64,000 bases of DNA from IMG/VR virus record IMGVR_UViG_3300021376_000042, positions 6,790 to 70,789 of that record; one strand, given 5' to 3'. Shown one piece after another: positions 52,301 through 61,573 of the stretch; within the stretch, counting starts at the first letter, position 1; each line of letters starts with the position of its first letter. A program made the position numbers and the translations under genes. The DNA comes from a virus. The notes beneath the pieces are model-generated. The model did no database searches. It was given only the letters and a program-made list of their open reading frames with translations, and was not told where the DNA came from.

Positions 52301-52828
52301 TACGGACAGGCTAATGGCGCATATGCTCAGGCTAATGGTGCTTATGCACAAGCCAACGGAGCCTATGCGCAAGCGAATGGTGCTTATGCTCATGCGAACA
52401 TTGTTTATGCTCATGCGAATAATTCATATGATCAAGCAAATACTGCAAGAGATACTGCGAATGGTGCTTATGCTCAAGCAAATGGTGCATATGCGCAGGC
52501 GAACGGCGCATATGCACAAGCGAACGGCGCTTATGCTCAGGCGAACGGCGCTTATGGTCAAGCAAATTCTGCTGCAAATACTGTTCGAGTTTCAGCTAAT
52601 GGTGAATCAACATTAGATGCAAAACAACTAAATTTTGTAAACACAACTTCTATTCAAGTTATTGTTGCTTCTGCAGCTGATGGCACAAATGCTAATATCT
52701 CGTTTACAACAGGTACTGCTTCGGTTGGTGACGCTTATGCTCAAGCGAATGCAGCATTCGCTAAAGCGAATACTGCGGGTGGTGGTGGATCTGATGGGTT
52801 TATACTCCATATTTTTGGTATAACATAA
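49394..52828 (+). CDS. Tail fibre-like protein (Mtd-N-like start) with heptad stalks and a cupredoxin-like domain
   Basis: LQFRR......TGA.GE...D.....VV.DG.TAGGFPLA; ANGAYAQ arrays; GHPF...YQCTVHSGM. Confidence 0.75.
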   Translation: MATTLQFRRYDTANIANLTGAVGEIFIDMDKDTVVVQDGSTAGGFPLAREGAYIQANNARDQANTARDQANTSRDQANTARNQANNAYAEANLKVNLTGGTISGNLVITGNLEVLGNSTTLNVETLSVEDNEIILNSNVTGSPTLNAYISINRGTDPNANLVWDEDTNQWKWNDGDGVFYALDSSLDAYAQANTARDTANGAYAQANGAYGQANGAYSQANGAYAQANGAYAQANSARDVANGAYAQANGAYSQANTSANTARVYANSAGELSNKFLNFVNTASIQVSVFDNADGNANISFSTTGAAVADAYAQANAGYAQANTARDTANGAYAQANGAYAQANGAYTQANGAYAQANGAYAQANGAYAQANLKVSLAGDTMTGNLNVAASLITQNIEPNLNVTYDIGTPTKRFKDLYLSNSTIYLGETALSASGDEVRANVFNAAVSVLVSGVNVLDTANGAYAQANGAYGQANGAYGQANGAYSQANGAYAQANSARDVANGAYAQANGAYGQANGAYAQANGAYAQANGAYAHANVVYAQANAAYDTANLKLSASGGSINGDLTITGNLFVTGSNTLLNVSNLSVNDSIIFLANGQVGDAFDIGFVGHFDRGATPTHAGLIRKSTDNQFYLFDNYEVEPTNNIIDINGNNFRTGNLKLNTINAVTFVTNAGLNVTDQANSARDQANTARGQANNAYAEANLKVNLSGDTMTGTLNVQHLIPTANVTYDLGTSTKRFKDLYLSGSTIYIGETILSTSGDEMRANTFNAAVSFLSAGLNVLDQANSARDTANGAYAQANGAYAQANGAYAHANIVYAQANAAYAQANADYQPAVTRLDVTNNGATAYRFDQYGAATDDPTLYVRAGETIAFNLNNAGHPFAIRVSNGGSNYDTGLTHVATDGTVSTGSSAQGKVSGTLYWKVPYTLGGSTYVYQCTVHSGMVGNIVIEPDSTVIYVQANAAYAQANGAYGQANGAYAQANGAYAQANGAYAQANGAYAHANIVYAHANNSYDQANTARDTANGAYAQANGAYAQANGAYAQANGAYAQANGAYGQANSAANTVRVSANGESTLDAKQLNFVNTTSIQVIVASAADGTNANISFTTGTASVGDAYAQANAAFAKANTAGGGGSDGFILHIFGIT

Positions 52829-52834
52829 TAAATA
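52827..52834 (+). promoter_or_regulatory. Late promoter variant (AATAAATA)
   Basis: Upstream of gp13. Confidence 0.55.
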
Positions 52835-52864
52835 ATATTATTCTTTTATTTTTGAGATAAAAAA

Positions 52865-53626
52865 ATGGGAATCCCAACAACACGCACAGAACTTAAAGAT
52901 TATTGCCTTCGTCGTTTGGGATTTCCAGTTATTGACATTAATGTTGATGACGACCAATTAGATGATCGCATTGATGATGCATTAAACAAATATCGCGAGT
53001 TTCATTACGATGGAACTGAAGATTGTTATCTTGCGCATAAAGTAACTACATCAGATCAAACAAATCGTTACATTAGACTCTCTGATAATATAATTGGCAT
53101 TTCAAGAGTAATGCCAATCACTGGTGCTAGCATCAGTTCACAAGGAACATCTGGATTTAATATTTTTGACATTAATTATCAAATTAGACTTAACGATTTT
53201 TATAATTTATTAGCAAGTTCTTACACATATTATTATATTGCCAGACAACATTTATCAATGTTAGATATGATCGTAACTGGTGAAATCCCATTTAATTTTA
53301 ATAAAAAAACTAAACGTCTTGATATCTATATGGATTGGGATTCAAGAGTAAATCCAAACGATTATATTGTTTTTCAAGGATTTAGAATTGTTGATCCGGA
53401 AGTTTATGATAAAATTTATTCTGATCAATGGTTAAAAGAATATACCACTGCATTATTTAAAATGCAGTGGGGTTCTAATTTAACAAAATATGCAAACTAC
53501 ACACTTCCTGGTGGTCTAGTTGTAAATGGTGAAAAGATTTATAATGATGCAATTCTAGAAATTGAAAAACTAGAAGAAAAATTAAGAGACATGTACGAGT
53601 CGCCTGCATCTATGTTTGTTGGATAA
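52865..53626 (+). CDS. gp13: Neck protein gp13
   Basis: LKDYCLRRLG.PVI.INV..DQ..DRID.AL, W...Y.TAL.K.QWG.NL.KY, LPGG. Confidence 0.93.
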   Translation: MGIPTTRTELKDYCLRRLGFPVIDINVDDDQLDDRIDDALNKYREFHYDGTEDCYLAHKVTTSDQTNRYIRLSDNIIGISRVMPITGASISSQGTSGFNIFDINYQIRLNDFYNLLASSYTYYYIARQHLSMLDMIVTGEIPFNFNKKTKRLDIYMDWDSRVNPNDYIVFQGFRIVDPEVYDKIYSDQWLKEYTTALFKMQWGSNLTKYANYTLPGGLVVNGEKIYNDAILEIEKLEEKLRDMYESPASMFVG

Positions 53627-53630
53627 TTAA

Positions 53631-54500
53631 ATGGCGACAAGCGTATATTTTAACTATCAGGATGCATCAAGAGAACAATTCCTTATTGAAGATATGGTGA
53701 TTGAATCAATCAAAAATCACGGCATTGACATTTACTACATTCCGCGCGATTCTCAGTCAGAACTTGATGAGTTATTTGGTGACGATCCAGTTAAATCATA
53801 CACGAGTGCATACAAAATGGAAGTTTATCTTGAAACCTTTGACAACTTTAAAGGTAATCAAGAATTTTTCAGTAAGTTTGGTTTACAAATAGAAAAGGGT
53901 GTTGAGTTAGCATTAGCACGACGCACCTTTGAAAGATATATTCCGTATACAACAAGAAACACACCAAAAGAAGGCGATTTAATTTATCTATCAGTTCAAG
54001 AAAAATTAATGGAAATAAAAAATGTCGAAGAAGAAAAGAACTTCTTTCAGGCTGGTAAAGTAGCAGCATACATGTATGGACTCTCATGCGAGACGTTTAA
54101 ATACAATGGTGAAATTCTTACAACTGGTGTTCCATCTATAGATGAGGTTGCTGATCAAAATGCATTTAGTATTGAGTTTACAATGCAAGCTGGCGGAACC
54201 TCTACATATATAGATGGTGAAATAGTTTATCAAGGTGCTTCGCTTGCTGCTTCAACAGCAAAAGCATACGTGCGTTCTTGGGATAAAACAAATCTTAAAT
54301 TAGTTTTAAGAAACATACGTGGAGCATTTACAGGTGCTACAGTAATAGGTGTAAGTTCAGACGCACAATGGACTTTGGTAAGTGGTAATACTCAAGAAGA
54401 TGCAACTGAGCCTTATGATGATAATGTTAGAATTGAAACAGAAGCTGACAATATTCTTGATTGGTCAGAAACAAATCCATTCGGAAGTTCAGACGAGTAA
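53631..54500 (+). CDS. gp14: Neck protein gp14
   Basis: EQ.L.ED...ESI...G.D.YY.PR, SKFG, P.EGDLIY, D.SE.NPFG. Confidence 0.92.
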   Translation: MATSVYFNYQDASREQFLIEDMVIESIKNHGIDIYYIPRDSQSELDELFGDDPVKSYTSAYKMEVYLETFDNFKGNQEFFSKFGLQIEKGVELALARRTFERYIPYTTRNTPKEGDLIYLSVQEKLMEIKNVEEEKNFFQAGKVAAYMYGLSCETFKYNGEILTTGVPSIDEVADQNAFSIEFTMQAGGTSTYIDGEIVYQGASLAASTAKAYVRSWDKTNLKLVLRNIRGAFTGATVIGVSSDAQWTLVSGNTQEDATEPYDDNVRIETEADNILDWSETNPFGSSDE

Positions 54501-54502
54501 TT

Positions 54503-55513
54503 ATGCTTTCTAGCACACATTTTTATCATCGTGTTACAAGAAAAATGGTCGTGGCGTTTGGCACGATGTTCAACAACATTCGCCTTGTGCGATATAATAA
54601 AGCGGGAACAACTGAACTTGAAAGAATTACTGTTCCACTTTCTTATGCACAAAAAGAAAAATTTTATTCGCGTTTACAGCAAGATCCAAATATGAATCAG
54701 GCTGTGCAAATTACATTACCGAGAATGAGTTTTGAAATGACTTCAATTACATATGATCCTGTTCGTAAAACAAGCATGTTTAATCGCAATTTTTCACCAC
54801 TCAGCGATACGCTTCTTCGCAGTGTGCGAATGACGCCATATAATTTTGATTTTAGTTTGAATATCTACGTCCGTAACACTGAAGATGGTACACAAATCGT
54901 AGAACAAATTTTACCATATTTTGCGCCAGACTATACACTTACAGCTGATTTAACAGGATTAAATCAACCAATAGACATACCAATTATTCTTCAAAATGTT
55001 GTTTATGATTCAGATTATATTGGTGGTATCGATACGTTGCGCGTTTTAAATTGGACATTAAACTTCACTATGAAGGGGTATATGTACGGTCCAATATCTA
55101 ATGTTGATGTAATTAGAACATCTTCTGCTAATACATTCAATGATGTATTTAATGCCAACTCTTCTCGCAAAATCACCATTAATAGTGGAGCAGGTAGTGG
55201 CGGAACAGGTACATTTAAAGTTGGCGAACTTGTTTATCAAGGAAATAATTTTGATGTTGCCTCTGCAACTGCATATGTAGATGCTTGGAGTCCTTCTACG
55301 AATACTCTTATTGTTGTGGATACTACAGGTGTTCTTGCTTCTGGTCATTTTATAACTGGTGCAGTATCCAATGCGTCATATAATATAATTTCGTTTGGCA
55401 CAAATGATCAACAATTAGTAAGCATAACTGTTACACCTGATCCTAACACTGCTAACGTAAATACTGCATTCGGATTTGATACAACTGTTGAGGAATTCCC
55501 CAATATAACATGA
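54503..55513 (+). CDS. gp15: Tail sheath stabilizer/terminator gp15
   Basis: FGT.FN.I, VPL.Y..KEKF, LPRMSFE, QIVEQILPYF.P. Confidence 0.92.
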   Translation: MLSSTHFYHRVTRKMVVAFGTMFNNIRLVRYNKAGTTELERITVPLSYAQKEKFYSRLQQDPNMNQAVQITLPRMSFEMTSITYDPVRKTSMFNRNFSPLSDTLLRSVRMTPYNFDFSLNIYVRNTEDGTQIVEQILPYFAPDYTLTADLTGLNQPIDIPIILQNVVYDSDYIGGIDTLRVLNWTLNFTMKGYMYGPISNVDVIRTSSANTFNDVFNANSSRKITINSGAGSGGTGTFKVGELVYQGNNFDVASATAYVDAWSPSTNTLIVVDTTGVLASGHFITGAVSNASYNIISFGTNDQQLVSITVTPDPNTANVNTAFGFDTTVEEFPNIT

Positions 55514-55920
55514 GTGATGTTGATAAAAATCTTGCTGAGTTATTAAATACTGATTATGTGCCTGTTGTAAATGACAAATCTGACAAGCCCATAACATTGC
55601 ATCACGACAACACAAATAATCCAGATGCACATTATTCTCGATCAAATTATTATAATCTTATTGAAAAGGGCAACGAAGCATTAGATGGTATTCTAGAAGT
55701 TGCAAAAGAATCACAACATCCAAGAGCCTATGAAGTTGCTGCAAATATGATCAAAAATCTTTCTGATGTCACAGAAAAATTAATGATCCTTCAAAAACAA
55801 CAACAAGAATTACAACCAAAAGGACCTGCCGCTCCTACAAATATTACAGTGGATAAGGCAGTATTCGTTGGATCAACTGCTGAGTTGTTGAAGAAACTTA
55901 AAAATGAATCTAGCGACTAG
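55510..55920 (+). CDS. gp16: Terminase small subunit gp16
   Basis: YSR.NYY.LIEKG.EA, A.ES.HPRAYEV, FVGST.EL. Confidence 0.92.
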   Translation: MSDVDKNLAELLNTDYVPVVNDKSDKPITLHHDNTNNPDAHYSRSNYYNLIEKGNEALDGILEVAKESQHPRAYEVAANMIKNLSDVTEKLMILQKQQQELQPKGPAAPTNITVDKAVFVGSTAELLKKLKNESSD

Positions 55921-57535
55921 AATAAAGAATTATTTGGGGAACCCAAATTTAAAGAAGATTAATATGCAATTACAACTTACGGAAGATCAAGTCCGTGAGT
56001 TTGTTCGCTGCGCGCAAGATCCAATTTATTTTATTGAAAACTATGTCAAGATTATTACACTTGATAAAGGGTTCGTTCAAATTTCACTGTATCCGTTTCA
56101 AAAAGAAGCCATCACTGATATCAATACGAATCGTCGTGTGATTGTAAAGGCTGGTCGTCAGGTCGGTAAGACCACGATGGTTGTTGGCTATATTCTTTGG
56201 TATATCTTATTCAATGAAGACAAGTTCGTTGCAATTCTAGCAAACAAAGCACCAACTGCAAGAGAAATTTTGAATCGCGTTAAAATTGCATATGAATCTT
56301 TGCCATTGTGGTTGCAACAAGGTGTTCGCGTTTGGAACAAAGGCGATATAGAATTAGAAAATAATTGTCGTGTGATGGCAACATCAACTGCTTCTAGTGC
56401 GATTCGTGGTTTCTCTATTTCATTATTGTATCTTGACGAGTTTGCATTCGTGCCAAGTAATATTGCCGAAGAATTTTTTACATCTGTTTACCCAACTATT
56501 TCTTCTGGTGAAACTTCCAAGATTCTTATTTCTTCAACACCGAATGGGATGAATCACTATTATAGAATGTGGACGGAAGCTGTTGAAGGTCACAATGGAT
56601 TTACGCATATTGAAGCAAATTGGCGTCAAGTCCCAGGAAGAACACAACAATGGGCAGATGAGCAGCGTCGAGTTCTTGGAGAACAGAAGTTTTCACAAGA
56701 AATGGAATGCGAGTTTATGGGTTCAGCAGGAACACTTATCTCTGTAGCTGGTTTAAAGTCTCTTGCATTCGTAAAACCATTACATATATCTGATACAGGA
56801 ATCAAAATTTACGAACAACCAATACAAGGACAAAATTATGTGCTAGTTGCCGACACATCAAGAGGAAAGGGTCTTGATTATTCAGCATTTACTGTTCTTA
56901 GCGTCTCTACGATGCCCTATAAAGTGGTCGCAACATATAAAAACAATGAAATTAGCCCTTTAGTGTATCCTAGTGTTATAAAAAAAGTTGCTGACTATTA
57001 CAATCAAGCCTATGCATTAGTAGAAATCAATGATAATGGTCAACAGGTCGTAGATTCTCTCTTTGAGGACTATGAATATGAAAATATTCTTTCTACAGTA
57101 GATCTTAAAGGTAAAATTGCTCTAACTTGGGGTTATGGAAACAAGTCTAATCGTGGTGTACGAACCACCAAATCAGTAAAACGTCTCGGTACTTCTATTC
57201 TTAAGAATTTAATTGAGCAACAAAAAATAATTATTCAAGATTTTGATTTAATCTCAGAACTTTCTACCTTTATAGCCAAAGGAAACAGCTTCGAAGCAGA
57301 AGAAGGAAGTCATGATGATCTTGTAATGTGTTTAGTTTTGTTCTCTTGGATGACAAATCAATCATTTTTTGCTGAATTTACTGATTCTAATTTAAAAACA
57401 AGACTTTATGAAGAACAAATGCGTCAAATCGAAGAAGAATCGCTTCCAACTATGCTTGCTGGTCATCTTGATATAGATGGTAATGATGGGTCTTATGTAG
57501 AAGGTGGTGACCTTTGGAGACCGTTTACTCGTTAA
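55904..57535 (+). CDS. gp17: Terminase large subunit gp17
   Basis: RQVGKTT, LYLDEFAF, SSTPNG.NH, QE.ECEF.GS, DYSA, HDDLVM. Confidence 0.96.
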   Translation: MNLATRIKNYLGNPNLKKINMQLQLTEDQVREFVRCAQDPIYFIENYVKIITLDKGFVQISLYPFQKEAITDINTNRRVIVKAGRQVGKTTMVVGYILWYILFNEDKFVAILANKAPTAREILNRVKIAYESLPLWLQQGVRVWNKGDIELENNCRVMATSTASSAIRGFSISLLYLDEFAFVPSNIAEEFFTSVYPTISSGETSKILISSTPNGMNHYYRMWTEAVEGHNGFTHIEANWRQVPGRTQQWADEQRRVLGEQKFSQEMECEFMGSAGTLISVAGLKSLAFVKPLHISDTGIKIYEQPIQGQNYVLVADTSRGKGLDYSAFTVLSVSTMPYKVVATYKNNEISPLVYPSVIKKVADYYNQAYALVEINDNGQQVVDSLFEDYEYENILSTVDLKGKIALTWGYGNKSNRGVRTTKSVKRLGTSILKNLIEQQKIIIQDFDLISELSTFIAKGNSFEAEEGSHDDLVMCLVLFSWMTNQSFFAEFTDSNLKTRLYEEQMRQIEEESLPTMLAGHLDIDGNDGSYVEGGDLWRPFTR

Positions 57536-57547
57536 AAAACTTAAAAT

Positions 57548-57555
57548 ACTAAATA
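57548..57555 (+). promoter_or_regulatory. Late promoter variant (ACTAAATA)
   Basis: Intergenic, upstream of gp18. Confidence 0.55.
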
Positions 57556-57596
57556 TTTCGTAGATTTCTTAATCTCCATATTATAGGAGCAATAAC

Positions 57597-59291
57597 ATGG
57601 CTTTTCAAGTATCACCAGGCGTGAATGTTTCCGAAATTGACGCAACAACAGTTGTACCATCAGTTTCCACATCCACTGGCGCTGTTGCTGGCGCATTTCA
57701 GTGGGGACCAATTGATGTTGTTCGTGCTGTTTCAACAGAGGACGAGTTGGTTGCGGTTTTCGGTAAACCAGACTCAGACACGTTTTTAACATTTTTTACA
57801 GCAGCAAATTTCCTTTCATATAGCAACAGCCTATTCGTTTCTCGTGCTGATGCTGCAACTCTAAACGCTGCAGTTGGACTTAATGTAGCCTCATGGGCAG
57901 GCAATACAAAAATTCGCAATGAAGATCACTACTTTAATAGTTTCTTCACTACTTCGAATGCGAATATTGTTGTAGCAGCTCGTTTTCCAGGATCTCTTGG
58001 AAACTCACTAAAGGTTGCAATCTGTGCAAACGCAAATGCTGGTGTGTTTTCAACTTGGACATATGCTCCATATTTCGACAGAGCACCAGGAACTTCAGGA
58101 TATATCGCTGCAAACTTTAAGTCAAATGCAAATGATGAAATGCATATTGCAGTTATCGACGAAGATGGTTTGATCACAGGAACACCTAATACAGTGATCG
58201 AGCGCTACTCAAATGTATCTAAAGCAACAAATGCTAGAGATGAAAGTGGTGCATCACTATACTGGCGCGATGTTCTTTATACGAACTCTCGTTGGGTGTA
58301 TGCAATGGGACAAAATAGCGCAACATGGGGTGTTGCTGCTAATGCTACTCACTTCTTCGATGGCGAAAATCTAAACGGCATTTCATTTGTACAAGGTACA
58401 GATGCCACACCAACTGATGGCAATGTTCAAACTGCTTATACTCAGTTTGCTTCAACAGACAATGTTGACATTAGTTTGGTAATGACTGCTGGTCACTCTG
58501 AAACAGTTGTTGGTACAACAATAACTCTAGCAGGTGCAAGACGCGATTGCTTGACGTTCATATCACCATCCCTAGCAAATTGCCAAGCAGCTGATCCAAC
58601 AACAGCAATTGTTAACTATCGTAATAATGCTCTTGCTAACGTATCCAACTCATTCGCAGTAATAGATAGCAACTGGAAGTATCAGTACGACAAGTATAAC
58701 GACACTTATCGCTGGGTCCCATGTAACGGTGACACTGCTGGTCTCTGCGCGCAAACTGATCGTGATCGTGATCCATGGTTCTCACCAGCTGGATTTAATC
58801 GCGGTCAATTGAAGAATGTTGTTAAATTGGCATTTAATCCGAACCAAACACAACGCGATACGCTTTACAAGAATAATGTGAACCCAATTGTATCTTTCCC
58901 AGGAGAAGGAACTGTTCTCTTTGGTGATAAGACGCTTCTAAGCAAGCCAAGTGCATTTGATAGAATCAATGTCCGTCGCTTGTTTATCGTTCTTGAAAAA
59001 GCAATTGCTCGTGCTGCTCGCGCTCAGTTGTTCGAGTTCAATGATGAGTTTACAAGATCACAATTTGTAAATCTTGTCGAGCCATTCCTACGACTTGTAC
59101 AATCACGTCGCGGTATCTATGATTTCCGTGTTGTTTGCGATGAGACAAACAATACTTCTCAAATCGTCGATAGCAATCAGTTTGTTGGTGACATCTACAT
59201 TAAGCCAGCCAAGGCAATTAACTTTATACAGTTGAACTTTGTTGCTGTTCGCTCAGGTGTTGCCTTCGATGAAATCGTAGGACGCTTCTAA
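57597..59291 (+). CDS. gp18: Tail sheath gp18
   Basis: SPGV...E.D, F.WGP, PWFSPAG..RG, GDKT, FDRINVRRLF, FEFND. Confidence 0.96.
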   Translation: MAFQVSPGVNVSEIDATTVVPSVSTSTGAVAGAFQWGPIDVVRAVSTEDELVAVFGKPDSDTFLTFFTAANFLSYSNSLFVSRADAATLNAAVGLNVASWAGNTKIRNEDHYFNSFFTTSNANIVVAARFPGSLGNSLKVAICANANAGVFSTWTYAPYFDRAPGTSGYIAANFKSNANDEMHIAVIDEDGLITGTPNTVIERYSNVSKATNARDESGASLYWRDVLYTNSRWVYAMGQNSATWGVAANATHFFDGENLNGISFVQGTDATPTDGNVQTAYTQFASTDNVDISLVMTAGHSETVVGTTITLAGARRDCLTFISPSLANCQAADPTTAIVNYRNNALANVSNSFAVIDSNWKYQYDKYNDTYRWVPCNGDTAGLCAQTDRDRDPWFSPAGFNRGQLKNVVKLAFNPNQTQRDTLYKNNVNPIVSFPGEGTVLFGDKTLLSKPSAFDRINVRRLFIVLEKAIARAARAQLFEFNDEFTRSQFVNLVEPFLRLVQSRRGIYDFRVVCDETNNTSQIVDSNQFVGDIYIKPAKAINFIQLNFVAVRSGVAFDEIVGRF

Positions 59292-59297
59292 TAAATA
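59290..59297 (+). promoter_or_regulatory. Late promoter variant (AATAAATA)
   Basis: Between gp18 and gp19. Confidence 0.55.
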
Positions 59298-59322
59298 GCA
59301 TAAAGGCTCAGGAGTAAAAACA

Positions 59323-59925
59323 ATGGCATTTAATGCAGATCAATTTCGTAGTGTACTCGTAGATGATGGTGCTCGTCCTAATCTATTTGAAGTAGAACTC
59401 GGTTTCCCTTCTTACGTTCAAAACGTGGCAAGCCTTGCTCGCTTTATGGTAAAGACGGCGCAATTACCTGGATCAACACTAGGTAGCGTTCCTCTTCAAT
59501 ATTTCGGTCGTGAAGTTAAAGTTGCTGGTAATCGTACTTTCGCAGATTGGACAGTTACAATTATCAATGACGAAAACTTTGCAATTCGTAATTCGATGGA
59601 CGCTTGGATGCGCGGCATCAACAACAATGTAACCAACCTTCGCTCTAATAGTGCCAGAAACACATCATCTGGTGGCAGATTAATTGGAAACACAGGTGGT
59701 TATGCGAGTGATGCAACTGTAACACAATACAGAAAAACTGGCGGCACCGCAAAGAGATATCGTTTCGTTGGAATGTTTCCAATTGATATCACACCAATCG
59801 ATCTAGATTGGGGTTCAAACGATACAGTTGAAGAGTTTTCAGTGACATTCCAGTATCAATACTGGACAGAAGTGAGTACGACAAGCGGATTCACTGGTAC
59901 TTCATTATTCACAACAACTGCCTAA
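59323..59925 (+). CDS. gp19: Tail tube gp19
   Basis: GARPNLFEV, LPGS, AG.RTF..W.VT..NDE.F, EEF.VT..Y.YW. Confidence 0.95.
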   Translation: MAFNADQFRSVLVDDGARPNLFEVELGFPSYVQNVASLARFMVKTAQLPGSTLGSVPLQYFGREVKVAGNRTFADWTVTIINDENFAIRNSMDAWMRGINNNVTNLRSNSARNTSSGGRLIGNTGGYASDATVTQYRKTGGTAKRYRFVGMFPIDITPIDLDWGSNDTVEEFSVTFQYQYWTEVSTTSGFTGTSLFTTTA

Positions 59926-59936
59926 ATTTGAAATCC

Positions 59937-59968
59937 AAGAGGAGAGGATTTTCTCTCCTTTTGTTTTA
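59937..59968 (+). terminator. Terminator after gp19
   Basis: AGGAGAG/TTCTCCT-type hairpin followed by a T tract. Confidence 0.6.
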
Positions 59969-59982
59969 TTATGGAGTAACAT

Positions 59983-61557
59983 ATGGCAATTAATCTTTTC
60001 GGTTTCGAGATTGCGCGCAAAAAAGAAGAGGTTAGTATTCAACCAGCAATCACTGCACCCGCTGCAGATGATGGTGCAGTGAATATATCCGCTGGCGGAT
60101 ATTTCGGAACTTATCTCGATCTAGAAACAAGTTTTAAAAACGAAAACGATTTAATTACTCGTTATCGTGAAATGGCTATGCAGCCAGAACTTGAGTCTGC
60201 GGTTGATGATATCGTAAACGAAGCAATCGTTCATGACGTAACTGGAAAAACGGTTACGATTATTCTTGATGATTTAGAACAACCAGATAATATTAAAGAC
60301 ATGATTCGCGAAGAATTTCAAAACGTTCTTCGTATGTTAGATTTCTCAAACGAAGGCGCAGATATATTTCGTCGTTGGTATATTGACGGAAGATTGTATT
60401 ATCAAGTTTTGGTTGATCAAAAACAGCCAAGACTGGGCATTCAAGATCTTGTCTACATTGACCCAAGAAAAATTAAAAAAGCGCGTCAAGTTATACGCGA
60501 AAAAGATCCACGTACAGGTGTTGAAGTTGTTAAAGGAACACAAGAATTTTATGTGTTTAACGACAGAGCAACAACCACAGGTCAGACTGTTGTAACTTCA
60601 CCAACAGATGCAAGCGTAAAAATTGCATCAGATGCAATTGTCAATGTGAATTCTGGTTTGATGGATCCAAGAAGAATGCTAGTTCTTTCTTTCTTGCATA
60701 AAGCAATCAAACCACTTAATCAACTACGTTTGGTTGAGGATGCAGTTGTTATCTATCGTTTATCGCGCGCACCAGAACGTCGTGTGTTCTATATTGACGT
60801 TGGTAACATGCCGAAGATTAAATCAGAACAATATCTTCGTGATATTATGACCAAGTTTAGAAACAAAGTTGTATACGATAGCACAACTGGTGAAGTAAAG
60901 GACGATCGTAAATTCCTTTCAATGATGGAAGATTTTTGGATTCCACGTCGCGGTGAAGGTAAATCAACAGAAATTACAACACTCCCAGCAGGACAAAATC
61001 TTGGTGAATTATCTGACGTCAACTATTTTGAAAAGAAACTATACAAGGCTTTAAATGTACCAGTTTCTCGTCTAGAAACAACAACTGGATTTGCTCTTGG
61101 TCGTTCTACAGAAATTACGCGCGACGAATTAAAGTTCAGTAAATTTGTTGAGCGTTTAAGATCTAAATTTAGTATTTTGTTTGATGGATTAATGGAACGT
61201 CAGTTAGCGCTTAAAGGTATTTGCTCAGTTGATGAGTGGCAAGAATTAAAAGAAAAAATTCATTACGATTTCTTGAAAGATAATAACTTCGCAGAAATCA
61301 AAGAATCTGAGTTAATGGCTATTCGTCTTCAACTTATGCAACAAATTGATCCATATGTTGGAACATATTTCTCGAAAGCATGGGTTCGTAAACATGTTCT
61401 TCACTTTGATGAAGAAGGAATTGAGCGTATGCAATCAGAATTGAGCGATGAGCAATCTGACCAACCTACAACGACACCACCAGAACAAACACAAGCTGTG
61501 AGTGGTCCAGCAACTCCTGATATTAATACCGCTTTTAATACTGCAATTACTAAATAA
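59983..61557 (+). CDS. gp20: Portal vertex protein gp20
   Basis: FRRWY.DGR, LHKAIK..NQLR..EDA.VIYR..RAPERRVFYIDVGN, EDFW.PRR, EITRDE.KF. Confidence 0.96.
   Translation: MAINLFGFEIARKKEEVSIQPAITAPAADDGAVNISAGGYFGTYLDLETSFKNENDLITRYREMAMQPELESAVDDIVNEAIVHDVTGKTVTIILDDLEQPDNIKDMIREEFQNVLRMLDFSNEGADIFRRWYIDGRLYYQVLVDQKQPRLGIQDLVYIDPRKIKKARQVIREKDPRTGVEVVKGTQEFYVFNDRATTTGQTVVTSPTDASVKIASDAIVNVNSGLMDPRRMLVLSFLHKAIKPLNQLRLVEDAVVIYRLSRAPERRVFYIDVGNMPKIKSEQYLRDIMTKFRNKVVYDSTTGEVKDDRKFLSMMEDFWIPRRGEGKSTEITTLPAGQNLGELSDVNYFEKKLYKALNVPVSRLETTTGFALGRSTEITRDELKFSKFVERLRSKFSILFDGLMERQLALKGICSVDEWQELKEKIHYDFLKDNNFAEIKESELMAIRLQLMQQIDPYVGTYFSKAWVRKHVLHFDEEGIERMQSELSDEQSDQPTTTPPEQTQAVSGPATPDINTAFNTAITK
61549..61556 (+). 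promoter_or_regulatory. Late promoter variant (ACTAAATA)
   Basis: Overlaps the gp20 stop, upstream of prohead core genes. Confidence 0.5.
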
Positions 61558-61573
61558 TTTATTGGAGTGAATT

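Noticed and set aside
40400-52570. Possible CRISPR-like array in the 21-bp repeats
   Set aside because: Repeats are contiguous, lack unique spacers and vary at third codon positions, so they are coding heptads
49394-52828. Diversity-generating retroelement target (Mtd-like N-terminus)
   Set aside because: No reverse transcriptase and no TR/VR pair with adenine-specific mismatches seen in this window
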